Positions 29,816 to 41,800 of a DNA stretch of 58,870 nt are shown in pieces. Position 1 is the stretch's first letter. The number at the start of each line of letters is the position of its first letter. The stretch is from positions 1 through 58,870 of the forward strand of contig CAVISR010000001.1 of assembly GCA_963645405.1 (NCBI GenBank), read 5' to 3'. The notes under the pieces were generated by a model. It searched no databases. It was not told the origin of the DNA and saw only the letters and a program-made list of their open reading frames with translations. Both the position numbers and the translations under genes were made by a program. Origin of the DNA: Acutalibacteraceae bacterium (GTDB lineage Bacteria > Bacteroidota > Bacteroidia > Bacteroidales > Bacteroidaceae).

Positions 29816-32800
29816 ATGAGTATGAAAAAGATATTATCAATGCTAATGCTTTTGACCTGTTTCTGTACATTGGCTCAGGCACAGGTGAAGGCAGGCGACG
29901 TAATCTCGGGTACTGTCTCAGATGATATTGAACCGCTGATGATGGTAAACGTTGTTGAGGTCGATAACAACAACCGTATCGTTGCACATGGAGTTACAGA
30001 TATCAATGGTAACTTCTCTTTCCGTTGTGTGAATCCTAAGGACCACATCCAGGTTTCATATATCGGATATCAAAAACAAACCCTCCCTATTAATAAAAAG
30101 GTGTTCAAGATTGTTTTGAAGAGCAATACTCAGATTCAGACAGTCGAGGTCAAGGCAGTGCGTAAGACACAGAGCTCTGGACTTTCAATTCCTGTGACTG
30201 AGATTTCAACTGCCCAGCAGACAATCGATATGAAAGAGTTCGAAGGTCTTGCACTTACTTCTGTTGACGAAGCTCTTCAGGGACGTATCGCCGGACTTGA
30301 TATCGTGATGAACTCAGGTAGCCTTGGTGCCGGTACTACAATGCGTCTTCGTGGTGTAAGTACTATCACTGGTAACGCTGAGCCTCTGATCGTTGTCAAC
30401 GGCAATATCTGGGAAGAGGATGTGTCAGACGACTTCGACTATAGCTCTGCAACAGAAGAGCGATTCGCAGAACTCTTGCAGGTCAACCCAGAGGATATTG
30501 AGAGCATCACAGTGTTGAAGGATGCATCTGCAACTGCCATCTGGGGTGCCCATGGTGCAAACGGTGTTATCGAAATCAAGACAAAGCGTGGTCAGAAGGG
30601 TAACACTCGCGTGAACTACTCTTATCGTTTCACTGGTACATGGCAGCCTGAAGGAATGAAGGTGCTCAATGGTGACGACTATACAATGTTCTTGAAGGAA
30701 GCTTACTTCAACCCGACTTTGAACAGCTCGATCGCCGACAATACTTCAAGTTCTTATATTCGTGAAATCAACTACGACAAGAACTATTCTCAGTACAACA
30801 TGTTCAACAACAATACAAACTGGGAAAAGGAAGTAAAACAGTTCGGACAATATCATCAGCACTATGTTTCAATCACTGGTGGTGGTGAGAAAGCCCGCTT
30901 CCGTGTTTCTGGTGGTTACGATACTCAGAAGGGTGCTGCCATCAATGAGAGACTTAACCGTTTCACTACTCGTGTAGCCCTCGACTACTACATCTCAAGC
31001 CGTATCACAGTTCAGACTAACTTCAGTTTGTCTTATACAGACAAGAAGGATTGCGATAAGGGTCTGCTCGGTATTGCATACAAGAAGATGCCAAACGTAG
31101 CCGTTTATGAAGAGGATGAGAATGATGTACCTTCAGATAATTACTATATCATGCAGAAGGAATATACTTCATCTCAGCTTAGTGACCAACTTGGTATTGC
31201 CAACCCAGTTGCTAAAGCTTATTTGCAGAAGACACGTTACAACCAGTTGAATTTGTCTCCTGAATTCATCTTCAGATATGATATCTTGGGTACTACAGGC
31301 GATTCACACCGACTCACTTATCAGGGCCAGGTCAACTTCAATGTGTCAAACTCAGACAATAAGTCATTCAGCCCTTCTGAACTTCAGACCAGCGGTTGGA
31401 CAGGCGGAGAATCAAACCTTGCTTCAACAAGTCAGAGCAAGAGCAACAGTTTCACAACCCGTCACAGTTTGACTTATGTTCCATATTTCCACAACAGAGA
31501 CCATGCGATGCAGATCCTTCTTCGTGGTGAGTATGGTTCAGGCAACAGCTCTTCACAGTCTCTTTCACGTAAGTGGATTGCAACTGGTGACATCACTTCA
31601 GCTCTTGCCGGTGGTGTGACTTCAAGCTTCGGTTCTGGTTATGGCCGTTCAAAGTCAGAGAACTTTGCATTCCAGACTCACTATGCTTACCGTGGTAAAT
31701 ATGTATTCGACTTCACTGCACGTTTTGATAAGTCAAACGGAAACCCAAAGAACTGGGGTGCTTACTATGGTATATCAGGACGTTGGAACATCTCTGATGA
31801 GAAATTCATGGAGAAGCTTGATTGGATTGACATGTTGTCACTCTCTGTAGGTTGGGGCCGCTCAGGTCGTCCAACCGGAGGTTCAACATCTATGTATAGT
31901 ACATACAGCTCAACCGGTTCTTACATGGGAGTTACAGCAGTTGCTCCTCAGCAGATCCGTCTGTCAGTCATCCGTCCTGCAAACCAGGATACTTGGAACA
32001 TCGGTTCATACTTCGGTTTCTTGAATGACAAGATCACCGGTGACGTTCAGGTTTATACAAACAAGTCTGAGCAGGTGGCTTCTTACCCAATACCTTATTC
32101 TTCAGGTTTCGCAAACATCCCTGCAAGACTTACCGGTAAGGTCCGCAATACAGGTTGGGAGTTCAACATCAATGGTAACCGTATCATCAAGAGAGGTAAC
32201 TTCTCAATGGACTTCAACATGTCATTCTCTAACAACCGCAACCGTATCCTTGAGATGAATTCAATCATCCTTGATGGATACAACTCAGAGTTCAACTACT
32301 CAAACGGTCAGTACTTGTCACGTGTACAAATCAACAACCCAATCGGTTCTATCTATGGTTTCCGCTATAAGGGTGTGTATGCATACAGCGAGTATAGTGC
32401 AGAAGAAGTTCCTGGAGTAAGTGGACCAGATGCACCTGTAGCACGTAATGCTGAAGGTGAGGTTATCCTCAACCAAAGCGGTAATACCAAAGATATGGTA
32501 TTCAATTACAGTGGTGTAAACTACCAGTTCAAGGGTGGTGATGCCAAGTACGAAGATGTAAACCACGATGGTGAAATCAATGAGCTTGATATTGTCTACC
32601 TCGGTTCTTCACTTCCAAAACTGAATGGTGGTTTCGGATTCAAATTCAAGTATAAGGACTTTGGTGTTAATGTTCAGTTCGTTTACCGTCTCGGTCAGAA
32701 GGTTGTCAACTCTGCGCGTATGAATGCCGAGAACATGTACAACAACAACAACCAGTCACGTGCAGTCAACTGGCGTTGGCACAATGAAGGTGATGTAACT

Positions 32801-33103
32801 GAAATACCAAGAGCATTGTACAACTACGGTTACAACTGGCTCGCATCCGACCGTTTCATTGAAGATGCATCATATCTGCGTTGCAACTACGTAAGTTTCT
32901 CATATAACTTCAAACCAAGCTTCTTGAAGCAGTTTGGTATCAGAAGTTTGGCAGCTTACCTCAACTTGAACAACCTGTTCATTCTGACAAAGTACTCAGG
33001 TGCTGATCCTGAAATCTCTCAGAGTGGTTACTCAGCAGCAACAGACTCAGGACGTACTCCACGCGCGAAGTCATTCACTCTTAATTTAAATGTTGGATTC
33101 TAA
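29816..33103 (+). CDS. SusC/RagA-family TonB-dependent outer-membrane transporter (pair 1)
   Basis: 1095 aa. It has a signal peptide, a carboxypeptidase-regulatory-like domain (VISGTVSDD...DINGNFSF) and a plug (ITVLKDASATAIWGAHGANGVIEIKTKRG). The barrel ends in ...NLNVGF. Confidence 0.92.
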   Translation: MSMKKILSMLMLLTCFCTLAQAQVKAGDVISGTVSDDIEPLMMVNVVEVDNNNRIVAHGVTDINGNFSFRCVNPKDHIQVSYIGYQKQTLPINKKVFKIVLKSNTQIQTVEVKAVRKTQSSGLSIPVTEISTAQQTIDMKEFEGLALTSVDEALQGRIAGLDIVMNSGSLGAGTTMRLRGVSTITGNAEPLIVVNGNIWEEDVSDDFDYSSATEERFAELLQVNPEDIESITVLKDASATAIWGAHGANGVIEIKTKRGQKGNTRVNYSYRFTGTWQPEGMKVLNGDDYTMFLKEAYFNPTLNSSIADNTSSSYIREINYDKNYSQYNMFNNNTNWEKEVKQFGQYHQHYVSITGGGEKARFRVSGGYDTQKGAAINERLNRFTTRVALDYYISSRITVQTNFSLSYTDKKDCDKGLLGIAYKKMPNVAVYEEDENDVPSDNYYIMQKEYTSSQLSDQLGIANPVAKAYLQKTRYNQLNLSPEFIFRYDILGTTGDSHRLTYQGQVNFNVSNSDNKSFSPSELQTSGWTGGESNLASTSQSKSNSFTTRHSLTYVPYFHNRDHAMQILLRGEYGSGNSSSQSLSRKWIATGDITSALAGGVTSSFGSGYGRSKSENFAFQTHYAYRGKYVFDFTARFDKSNGNPKNWGAYYGISGRWNISDEKFMEKLDWIDMLSLSVGWGRSGRPTGGSTSMYSTYSSTGSYMGVTAVAPQQIRLSVIRPANQDTWNIGSYFGFLNDKITGDVQVYTNKSEQVASYPIPYSSGFANIPARLTGKVRNTGWEFNINGNRIIKRGNFSMDFNMSFSNNRNRILEMNSIILDGYNSEFNYSNGQYLSRVQINNPIGSIYGFRYKGVYAYSEYSAEEVPGVSGPDAPVARNAEGEVILNQSGNTKDMVFNYSGVNYQFKGGDAKYEDVNHDGEINELDIVYLGSSLPKLNGGFGFKFKYKDFGVNVQFVYRLGQKVVNSARMNAENMYNNNNQSRAVNWRWHNEGDVTEIPRALYNYGYNWLASDRFIEDASYLRCNYVSFSYNFKPSFLKQFGIRSLAAYLNLNNLFILTKYSGADPEISQSGYSAATDSGRTPRAKSFTLNLNVGF

Positions 33104-33116
33104 TAAATCAAAGACA

Positions 33117-34985
33117 ATGAAATTATATAAAAATATAAGGGCAATAGGATTGGCAGCATGTGCAAGTATGGCATTGGTCTCTTGCGATGTGGAACTGCTC
33201 CCATTGGATACGATTATCCTTGAAAACTATTGGACTAATAAGGATGATGTCAGCAGTGTTGTCACTTCCTGCTATCAGGGTTTGACTTCAAGCGACATCG
33301 TGAACCGTATGATTGTATGGGGAGAGTGCCGTTCTGATAACATTAAGGAGGGAAAGAGAATTGCCAGTGCAGGCAACGACCTGAAATATATCCTTAATGG
33401 AAATACACTTGAGACCAACTCATACTGTAACTGGGCATCCTTCTATACTATAATAAATAGGTGTAACACCGTGGAGAAGTATGCTCCGATTGTACAGGAG
33501 CGTGACCCGAACTTTACTGAGTCCGATCTCAAGCAGTCGTTGGCAGAGGTGAAGACAATACGCGCTCTTTGCTATTTCTATCTGATACGTACATTTGGTG
33601 ATGTACCGTTCTCTACTGAGGCATCCATTGAAGATGACCAGAATTATGTTATCCCTGCTACAGACGATGGACTGATTCTTGACACATTGATTATGGACCT
33701 TGAACAGAATGGTGTATATGCACCTAAGAGATACGTGGCAGAGGATGAAAACTCTGGAAAGATAACTCGTAATGCGGTTTATGCTCTGTTGGCAGATATG
33801 TATCTGTGGAGAGCTTCCGATGCGGAACTTGATCCTGCACAGCGCAACTCACTTTATCTCAAGTGTGTTGAATATTGCGACAAGGTTATTCAGGCAAAGG
33901 TTGAGGAGTATAAGGAAGACCGTTATGGTACACTGAGACGTCAGATTGACCCGGAAATCTATTCAGAGTATGGCTACCCTCTTATTCAGGAGTGGTCGTC
34001 GTCCGACCAGGCTTCGGGTCAGGGAACCACAGCCAAGGCTTATAATCTGATATTTGGAACCGGACATTCATTCGAAAGTATCTTTGAATTGTCATTTTCT
34101 TCAAATGAGGCAGCTCAGGGTACAACGAACTCTGCTGTAGCAAACATGTACGGTAATAGCGATACAGGTTTCGATAATGGTGCTTATCTGGCAGGAAACG
34201 AAAATATGCTTTCTTCAGAGGCTACCGGAACCTATGATTATGATAATGCCAAGGCATTCACCTCTTACGATTTCCGTAGTCAGGAATACTTCAAGTGGGA
34301 TGAGTCATCTTCATTCTCTATCGCAAAGTATGTTTGTAAACAGATGGCTGTAAATGTCGGTTCTGCTACTGTTTGGACTAATGGATATAAGACTACTACT
34401 TATACTCCGAGAACACAGAATTATGCAAACTGGATTATTTACCGTCTGACAGACATCATGCTCATGAAGGCAGAGGCTGAAGTGCAGCTCGCTGACTACA
34501 TTGACAACTACGTAGCAGAAACAGATACTACTAGCGAAGAAGCAAATCCAGCCAAGACCCGTGCTGCTTATGGAAATGCATATTCAACTTCAGTTGAGTA
34601 CTATGATGATGCATTCGACATCGTCGAAGCCATTTACCTGCGTTCTGCTCCTAACGCCACAGCTGATGCACGTCCAAAGAAAGCATCCTTGCTGAATAAG
34701 ACAATGTATGACAATCTTGTCGGTGATGAGCGCCGCCGTGAACTCTTGTTCGAAGGCAAGCGTTTCTACGACTTGCTCCGTCGTGCACGTCGTGAGGGCA
34801 ATACAACTTATGTTTCTGGTAAGATAAGCAGTAAGTACACTTCAAACTCAGCTGCGATGGGAATCAAGATGGCAATGATAGAGTTCCTCTATATGCCATA
34901 CTTCCATGATGAGTTGGAGCGTAATCCTCTCCTCATTCAGAACCCAGCTTATGATAAGGAAAAGAAAAACGAAAGAAATATTTAA
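33117..34985 (+). CDS. SusD/RagB-family lipoprotein (pair 1)
   Basis: The ATG at 33117 begins MKLYKNIRAIGLAACASMALVSC, with a lipobox. SusD-like motifs are present (ALLADMYLWR, ERRRELLFEGKRFYDLLR). Confidence 0.9.
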   Translation: MKLYKNIRAIGLAACASMALVSCDVELLPLDTIILENYWTNKDDVSSVVTSCYQGLTSSDIVNRMIVWGECRSDNIKEGKRIASAGNDLKYILNGNTLETNSYCNWASFYTIINRCNTVEKYAPIVQERDPNFTESDLKQSLAEVKTIRALCYFYLIRTFGDVPFSTEASIEDDQNYVIPATDDGLILDTLIMDLEQNGVYAPKRYVAEDENSGKITRNAVYALLADMYLWRASDAELDPAQRNSLYLKCVEYCDKVIQAKVEEYKEDRYGTLRRQIDPEIYSEYGYPLIQEWSSSDQASGQGTTAKAYNLIFGTGHSFESIFELSFSSNEAAQGTTNSAVANMYGNSDTGFDNGAYLAGNENMLSSEATGTYDYDNAKAFTSYDFRSQEYFKWDESSSFSIAKYVCKQMAVNVGSATVWTNGYKTTTYTPRTQNYANWIIYRLTDIMLMKAEAEVQLADYIDNYVAETDTTSEEANPAKTRAAYGNAYSTSVEYYDDAFDIVEAIYLRSAPNATADARPKKASLLNKTMYDNLVGDERRRELLFEGKRFYDLLRRARREGNTTYVSGKISSKYTSNSAAMGIKMAMIEFLYMPYFHDELERNPLLIQNPAYDKEKKNERNI

Positions 34986-34987
34986 TT

Positions 34988-37048
34988 ATGAAATCAGTAA
35001 TGTTTAAAAACAAATATATTGCGGTTGTAGTGATGGCAGTTGTTGCTTTGTTCGCAAGCTGTTCTGATGATCCGGGTGTGGAGAACTACTACACTGCAAA
35101 GGGAGATATGGCAAACACCTATCTCACCAACGACCCTGATACGTATAGCGAGTTCGTGTCAATCATTCAGAAATCCAACTTGGTTAGTTTCGACCTTCTT
35201 GGTACATACGGCTCATATACAGTGTTCGCTCCTACAAACAATGCAATCAACAAGTACCTTGCAGGTAGGGGACTGACTTCTGTGGATGAACTCTCCGTAG
35301 AGGATTGCGATACAATCGCTGCAACCCACATCATTGAGAATGCTTCTTACTTCACAACAGAATTCTCAAATGCCACTCTGCCTAACATGAATATGTTGGA
35401 CCGTTATCTTACTATAACTTGTGACTCTGACTCCATATCTGAGCCAGGTAAGATCCAGATTGCATATTTCATTAATAAGAGCGCACAGATTATTCTTGCA
35501 GACGACTCTGTAGAGAATGGAGTTGTACATACTGTCGACATGGTCATTGATGCAACAACTGAGATGCTTCCTGACCTGTTGGCTAAGGACTCTACAATCT
35601 CTCTCTTCTATCAGGCTTACCTGTTGACTCATATGAACGACTCAATGATGAACTACATTGATGAGAGTTATCATTGTGATGATTATGACTCTACCGAGGT
35701 CGGACATACTTTTTCAACAGCGACTGAGTATGACAACGTCCGCTACATGAAGAAACGTTATTATGGATATACCGGTTTTATAGAGACAAATGATGTATTT
35801 GCCCAGCATGGTATATACACTATTGATGACCTCAGAGCTCATGCAAAGGAAGTTTATGATGAAATGTATCCGGATGATGCAGACGTGACAGATGAGACAG
35901 ACCGTCGCAACTCCTTGAACCGTTTCATCTCTTACCACTTCCTCGATCGTCTTGCAACCTACAACAAGCTGACAGTCGACAATCTTGCACTGAACTGCTT
36001 CGACCGTCGTCACTGGGACGTTGCAGATTGGTATGAGACAATGATGCCTTACTCACTCATGAAGGTTTCTTATCCTTCTGGGTCACAGGCTGGACGTTAT
36101 GTGAACCGTCGTGGTGTACAGAACCGTAAGGATTCACGTGGCGTATTCGTAGCCGGTGCCAAGATTCTTTCTCCTAGTGAAGCCTCAGTCAATCAGACTG
36201 CAGTCAATGGTGTTTACCACTATATTACAGATATGATTGATTATGGAAGAAACACTCAGGAAGTAGTGCTCAATGAACGCCTTCGTATGGATGCTTCAAC
36301 TCTTTCTCCTGACTTCATGACAAGCGGTGCCCGTGGTCACTCTGTAAAAGGTACAGGTGGTGCATCAAGCCGTCCTGGTGAATATGGAGTATGGTCAGCA
36401 GATACCAACCCAAAGACAAATATCAACACTTGTCTTGGATTCAAGGCAGGCACTGCAAAGTACTTCACATATTCAGACGTTACAACTCACCTTCATGTAC
36501 GTCCTCGCTACTTGAGCTTCTGGTCATACCAGGGCGACGAGGTCACTATCTGCGGTATGTATGATATCACATTCAAGTTGCCTCCAGTGCCAGAGGGTGA
36601 TTATGAGTTCCGTTTGGCTACTTGCATCAACTTCTCTAACCGTGGTATTGTACAGGCTTACCTCGATGGCGCTCCTTGTGGTATTCCACTTGATATGCGT
36701 ATCTCCGGAACAAGTGCCACCGTCGGTTGGAAGAGTGATAACGACCTTGGTGATGACGAAGCTATCGCAGCATACGACAAGGCTATGCACAACCGTGGCT
36801 GGATGAAGGGCCCTGCAAGTTACGGTAATATCGGTGCCGACGGAACAGGCTCTCCTGGCTACTTCCGTACTTACAGCAATACTCTGCGCCATGTGTTCGC
36901 CACATTCCACTCGGACGGCAAGACCGAACACTATGTACGTATTCAGCAGAAGCTTGAATCAACAAACGGTACACTTGCATTCGACTATATTGAACTCTGT
37001 CCTAGAAGTGTATACAACAATGAACTCTATCCAGAGGACAAGTATTAA
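34988..37048 (+). CDS. Fasciclin (FAS1) domain lipoprotein with a large C-terminal beta-sandwich-like region
   Basis: 686 aa with a lipobox (LFASC) and the FAS1 motif YTVFAPTNNAINKYL. It ends in ...LAFDYIELCPRSVY... Confidence 0.75.
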   Translation: MKSVMFKNKYIAVVVMAVVALFASCSDDPGVENYYTAKGDMANTYLTNDPDTYSEFVSIIQKSNLVSFDLLGTYGSYTVFAPTNNAINKYLAGRGLTSVDELSVEDCDTIAATHIIENASYFTTEFSNATLPNMNMLDRYLTITCDSDSISEPGKIQIAYFINKSAQIILADDSVENGVVHTVDMVIDATTEMLPDLLAKDSTISLFYQAYLLTHMNDSMMNYIDESYHCDDYDSTEVGHTFSTATEYDNVRYMKKRYYGYTGFIETNDVFAQHGIYTIDDLRAHAKEVYDEMYPDDADVTDETDRRNSLNRFISYHFLDRLATYNKLTVDNLALNCFDRRHWDVADWYETMMPYSLMKVSYPSGSQAGRYVNRRGVQNRKDSRGVFVAGAKILSPSEASVNQTAVNGVYHYITDMIDYGRNTQEVVLNERLRMDASTLSPDFMTSGARGHSVKGTGGASSRPGEYGVWSADTNPKTNINTCLGFKAGTAKYFTYSDVTTHLHVRPRYLSFWSYQGDEVTICGMYDITFKLPPVPEGDYEFRLATCINFSNRGIVQAYLDGAPCGIPLDMRISGTSATVGWKSDNDLGDDEAIAAYDKAMHNRGWMKGPASYGNIGADGTGSPGYFRTYSNTLRHVFATFHSDGKTEHYVRIQQKLESTNGTLAFDYIELCPRSVYNNELYPEDKY

Positions 37049-37070
37049 TCGTCAAATATAATTTTCGTTT

Positions 37071-38786
37071 ATGAGAAAGAATATAAAATTATCAATCCGC
37101 ACAGGAGTTGTAGCAATGGCAAGTGTTCTTGCCTGCTACTCCTGTTCTGATACATGGGACGACCACTATAACTCCACTATCGATGGTAATAAAGTGGATG
37201 CAACCATTTATGAACAGTTGAAGTCGGATTCCAGACTGAGTGATTTCGTCCAAATCATCGATGCAACTGGTTATGACGCTCTGCTTGATGAAAGCCAGAT
37301 AATAACTGTATTTGCCCCTGTCAATGACTCATTCAACAAGGACAGCTTGTTGAATGAAATCAATATAGGTCACAAGGACAATGTTATTACCCGTTTCGTT
37401 AAGAACCACGTGGCACGTTTCAATTACTCTTCAACGATACATGAGCAGACTGTTCCTCTCTTGAACAAGAAGAACATTACACTCCAGAGAGGAGTTGTAA
37501 GTGCTGACTCAGTAAAAACATTGGAGACTGAAACTGTTTGCAACAATGGTATTCTCTATAAGTTGAATGGCGAACTTCCGTTCCATCCAAATATATATGA
37601 GGAGATGGCTGTGACTGCAGGCATGGATTCAATCTATGGAATGCTCTCATATTACGACAAAGACTCTTTGGATGTCGGCCGTAGTGTTTACCGTGGTGTT
37701 GACGAAGATGGAAACCGCATTTATGTGGACTCTGTCGTTATCAACAGCAACAAGTTGATGCAGCGTTTGGATGCCTACATCTTGCGTGAGGACTCCAACT
37801 ATATGGCAATCATCCCAAACAATGATGCATATACAAACCGCTTGAATCTCGTCAAGAAGTACTTCAATTATAACATACATGAGGACGGTAGGGATTCTTT
37901 GCAGAATTTCTATGCAAACTACTACACACTGAATACTCTGTTCTATAATATGAATACCAACATGCATGATGAGGACTCATTGGTTGCAACTACTTACAGC
38001 AAGTACAACCCTGACCATTATGTGTTCTACGACCCATATAAGGAGGACGGTATTCTTGCTCCAGGCTCATACAATGACAAGATCAGTTGCAGTAACGGTA
38101 TTATCTACACTGTAGATTCAATCCCGACTTCTATCTACGATGCATTCTTCCATGATATCGAGTTGGAAGCAGAAGCAACAGGTAATATCAACACAGATGA
38201 GAATGCACAAGGCAACGCTCTCTACACTAAGACTTGTACATACAGTGTGGTTTCTGCCAACGACTCAATTCTGAAGGTTTCTGAGAAGGCTTATCTTGAT
38301 GTCAAGCCATCTTCAAGTTCTGCCCAGCCATACATTACATTCAATGTTCCTGGAACTCTTGCCGGTACATATGACATGTACCTCGTGACTGTACCTTTGA
38401 AATATGGAAATGATGTTGCAGAAACAGATTCACTGAAGCCTTATCAGTTCCGTGTCAATATGTTCTATCGTACAAACAGAGCAACTGATACCAGCTCTTC
38501 ACTGCCAACCTCAAAGAGTGAGACATTGAAGGATCCTATCAAGGGCGGTCAGAACTTCGTGAGCGATCCAAACCAGGTGGATACCATCTATCTTGGAACA
38601 AAGACATTCACTGAGTGCTACAAGAATGCATCCAACGTAGGAGTCCTGCTTCAGATTCAGGCTTATGTATCTTCTTCTCAGACAAAGAACTACTCTCGTC
38701 GTATGCTCCTCGACCGTATTCTCTTCCGTCCAAGCGGAATGCCTGATGACGAGTACCAGGTGTACAAGACTGCAAAAGACGAATAG
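37071..38786 (+). CDS. Fasciclin (FAS1) domain lipoprotein
   Basis: 571 aa with a lipobox (LACYSC). FAS1 motifs are ITVFAPVNDSFNK and MAIIPNNDAYTNRL. It ends in ...LLDRILFRPSG... Confidence 0.75.
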   Translation: MRKNIKLSIRTGVVAMASVLACYSCSDTWDDHYNSTIDGNKVDATIYEQLKSDSRLSDFVQIIDATGYDALLDESQIITVFAPVNDSFNKDSLLNEINIGHKDNVITRFVKNHVARFNYSSTIHEQTVPLLNKKNITLQRGVVSADSVKTLETETVCNNGILYKLNGELPFHPNIYEEMAVTAGMDSIYGMLSYYDKDSLDVGRSVYRGVDEDGNRIYVDSVVINSNKLMQRLDAYILREDSNYMAIIPNNDAYTNRLNLVKKYFNYNIHEDGRDSLQNFYANYYTLNTLFYNMNTNMHDEDSLVATTYSKYNPDHYVFYDPYKEDGILAPGSYNDKISCSNGIIYTVDSIPTSIYDAFFHDIELEAEATGNINTDENAQGNALYTKTCTYSVVSANDSILKVSEKAYLDVKPSSSSAQPYITFNVPGTLAGTYDMYLVTVPLKYGNDVAETDSLKPYQFRVNMFYRTNRATDTSSSLPTSKSETLKDPIKGGQNFVSDPNQVDTIYLGTKTFTECYKNASNVGVLLQIQAYVSSSQTKNYSRRMLLDRILFRPSGMPDDEYQVYKTAKDE

Positions 38787-38812
38787 TGTTTAACTCCTAA
38801 AGATTGAATTAT

Positions 38813-41800
38813 ATGAAAACATATTTTAATAACAATATGCTGCGTTTCTGCAAAGCAGGAATTGCTACTATGATATTCTGCGTAGGAGTTCTTCCAATGT
38901 CTGCGCAAGATGAAGAGGAAACCCAGGCCATCGAAGAGGCTCCTGTGAAAAAGAAAGTAAAGAAACCAATCAAGAAATATCCGATGATGGAGATTTCCGG
39001 TAAGATTGTCGACGCATCAACTGGCGAACCTTTGGCAGGTGTGAAAGTCAAGTCTTACAACAACAGTTTCTATACTGCCATGACAGACGAAGAGGGAAAC
39101 TACAAGATTAGTGTTCCTACTTTCGTAACCTCATTGTCTGCTACACTTGAAGGCTACAATCTTGGTCAGGTTGCTATCAACGACCGCTCTCAGGGCGTGG
39201 ACTTCAAGCTCTACACAGACAGATATCTTGGAATCTATACAGACAAGACCAGTGCTTCAAAGGTTGTCAGTACATCTGGATTCGGTGAAGACGGAGCTTT
39301 CACTGCAGACCAGGAAATCCAGAACCGTTTGGGCGGAGATGTTCATACAGCTTCCCGTTCAGGAATCATTGGAAATGGTGTCAACATGTTCATTGATGGT
39401 TTCCACTCTATCAATGCATCTTCTCAACCGTTGGTTGTGATTGATGGTGTAATCCATGACCAGTTGTACAACTCAACAATGATGCACAACGGTTACTTCA
39501 ACAACCAGTTGACTTCACTCAGTATGGACGACATTGCAGATATCAAGATTATGAAGAACGGTACTGCAATCTATGGCTCTCAGGCAGCCAATGGCGTTAT
39601 CCTTATCACTACCAAGCGTAACACTACGATGAAGACAACCATCGATGTGAATATCAGCGGCGGTTTCGAATTCGTTCCTTCTACGCCTGACATGATGAAT
39701 GCTGACGAGTATAGGTCTTATGCATCTGCGCTCTTGAAGAATACCAACAGCAAGTTGGAGAACTTCAAGTTCTTGCAGACAGACCCTAACTACTATTATT
39801 ATAATATGTATCACAACAACACAGATTGGAAAGATGTTGTCTACAGAGAAGCTTTCTCGCAGAACTATGGAATCAACATCCAGGGTGGTGACGAAGTTGC
39901 CAACTACAACCTTTCTGTGGGATACATGTCAGCAAAGTCAACACTTAAGCGTAATGATATCGACCGTTTCCACATCCGATTCAACTCTGACATCATCTTG
40001 AGCGACAAGTTGACTACACGCTTCGACGTTTCTTATTCAAACCTCAAGCGCGACTTGAGAGATGACGGTCTGACCAGCACATTCCAGGCCAATGCCGTTT
40101 CTTCTCCAAATGTACTTGCACTTCTCAAGTCTCCGTTCGTTGCTCCTTATGACTTTGCGACAAACGGTGTGATGTCACACTTCGTTTCCGATGCAGACGA
40201 TTACCTTGATGAGGCAGTCGGAAGTTCGGCTTCTCTTGCCAACCCACTTGGTTTGCTCGAGAATGCAGAGGCTCTTAACAAGAACCGTACGGACAATACC
40301 AACGTGAATATAGCGATCACTCCAGTATGGCATATCAAGACCAACATGACATTGCAGGAGCGTTTCAGCTATACTACCAACAGTTTCGATGAGAACTACT
40401 ACACTTCAATTGTCGGTATGCCAAGATACTACATCCAGGATATCGGAGTTGTGGAAAATGAAGTAGGTTCAAACTTCTCAACACATAAGGCGTTGATGAG
40501 TGACACCCGTTTCGACTGGGCAATTCCACTCGGCAAGCACCGTCTTGATGCATTTGCAGGTGTACGCTATATGAGCGACAACTACAAGGCTTCAAACCTC
40601 TATGCTTACAGTACTGGTAACGACAAGACTCCTTCGCTCGGCAATGCAACAGGCAAGCGCCGTGTCGTTGGTACCGATGAAACATGGAAGTCACTCTCTT
40701 GGTATGGTAACCTCGATTACAACTATCGTGAGAAGTATTACCTCCAGGGTTCATTCGCACTTCAGTCTTCTTCCCGTTTCGGTGACGAGGCTGATGCCGG
40801 TGTCAAGATGTTTGGTGTCAGATGGGGATTCTTCCCTTCTATCCAGGGAACATGGGTAATCAGCAATGAGAAGTGGTTTAACTCAAGCAAGCTCGTGAAC
40901 ATGTTGAAGGTGAATGCCGGATTCGAGTCAGTCGGTAACGACTCTTACGACAACAATGCAGCATACACTTACATGAGCAGTAATGCATTCCTCTTGAATA
41001 AGGTTGTAGGTATCGGTATCACAAATATCGGTAATGCCAAGTTGCGTTGGGAAACTACCAACCGCTTCAATGCAGGACTTGAAGGAAACTTCTTCAACAA
41101 CCGTTTGAACGCCAAACTCAACTACTTCTATGCAAAGACAAACAATCTTGTAACACTTGGAACCATTGCTTATGTTTCAGGACAGAAGCAGTATTGGACC
41201 AATGACGGTGCAATGAAGAACCAAGGTTTCGACGTAGCTTTGACTGGTAAGGTCGTAGACGAGAAGAACTTCAAGTTCGAGCTTGCTGCAAGCCTCGGTC
41301 ATTACAAGAATGAGGTAACTCAGTTGCCTGAGAATGTCGGCTCAATGGAGTCCGAATACTATAACGCTACACTCCTTACAAAGGTAGGAAGTCCGCTCTC
41401 AGTATTCTATGGCTACAAGACAAACGGTGTGTTCTCAACAACAGAGCAGGCTGAAGCAGCAGACCTCGGCATACTTGATGATGCAGGAAACAAGGTTAAC
41501 TTCAAGGCAGGCGACATGATTTTCGTTGACAAGAATGGCGACAAGATTATTGACGAGAACGACCGCTATATCATTGGTGATCCTAATCCGGACATCTATG
41601 GAAATATCCGTGCTACCTTCATGTTCGGAAAGAACTGGACATTGGGCGTCAACTTCAACTACAGCGTTGGAAATGACGTTTACAACTACCAGCGTTCAAT
41701 CCTCGAAGGAGGAAATGCTTTCCTGAACCAGACAACTGCAATGAACCGCCGTTGGATTGCTGAAGGTCAGTCAACAGATATTCCACAGGCAGTCTACAAC

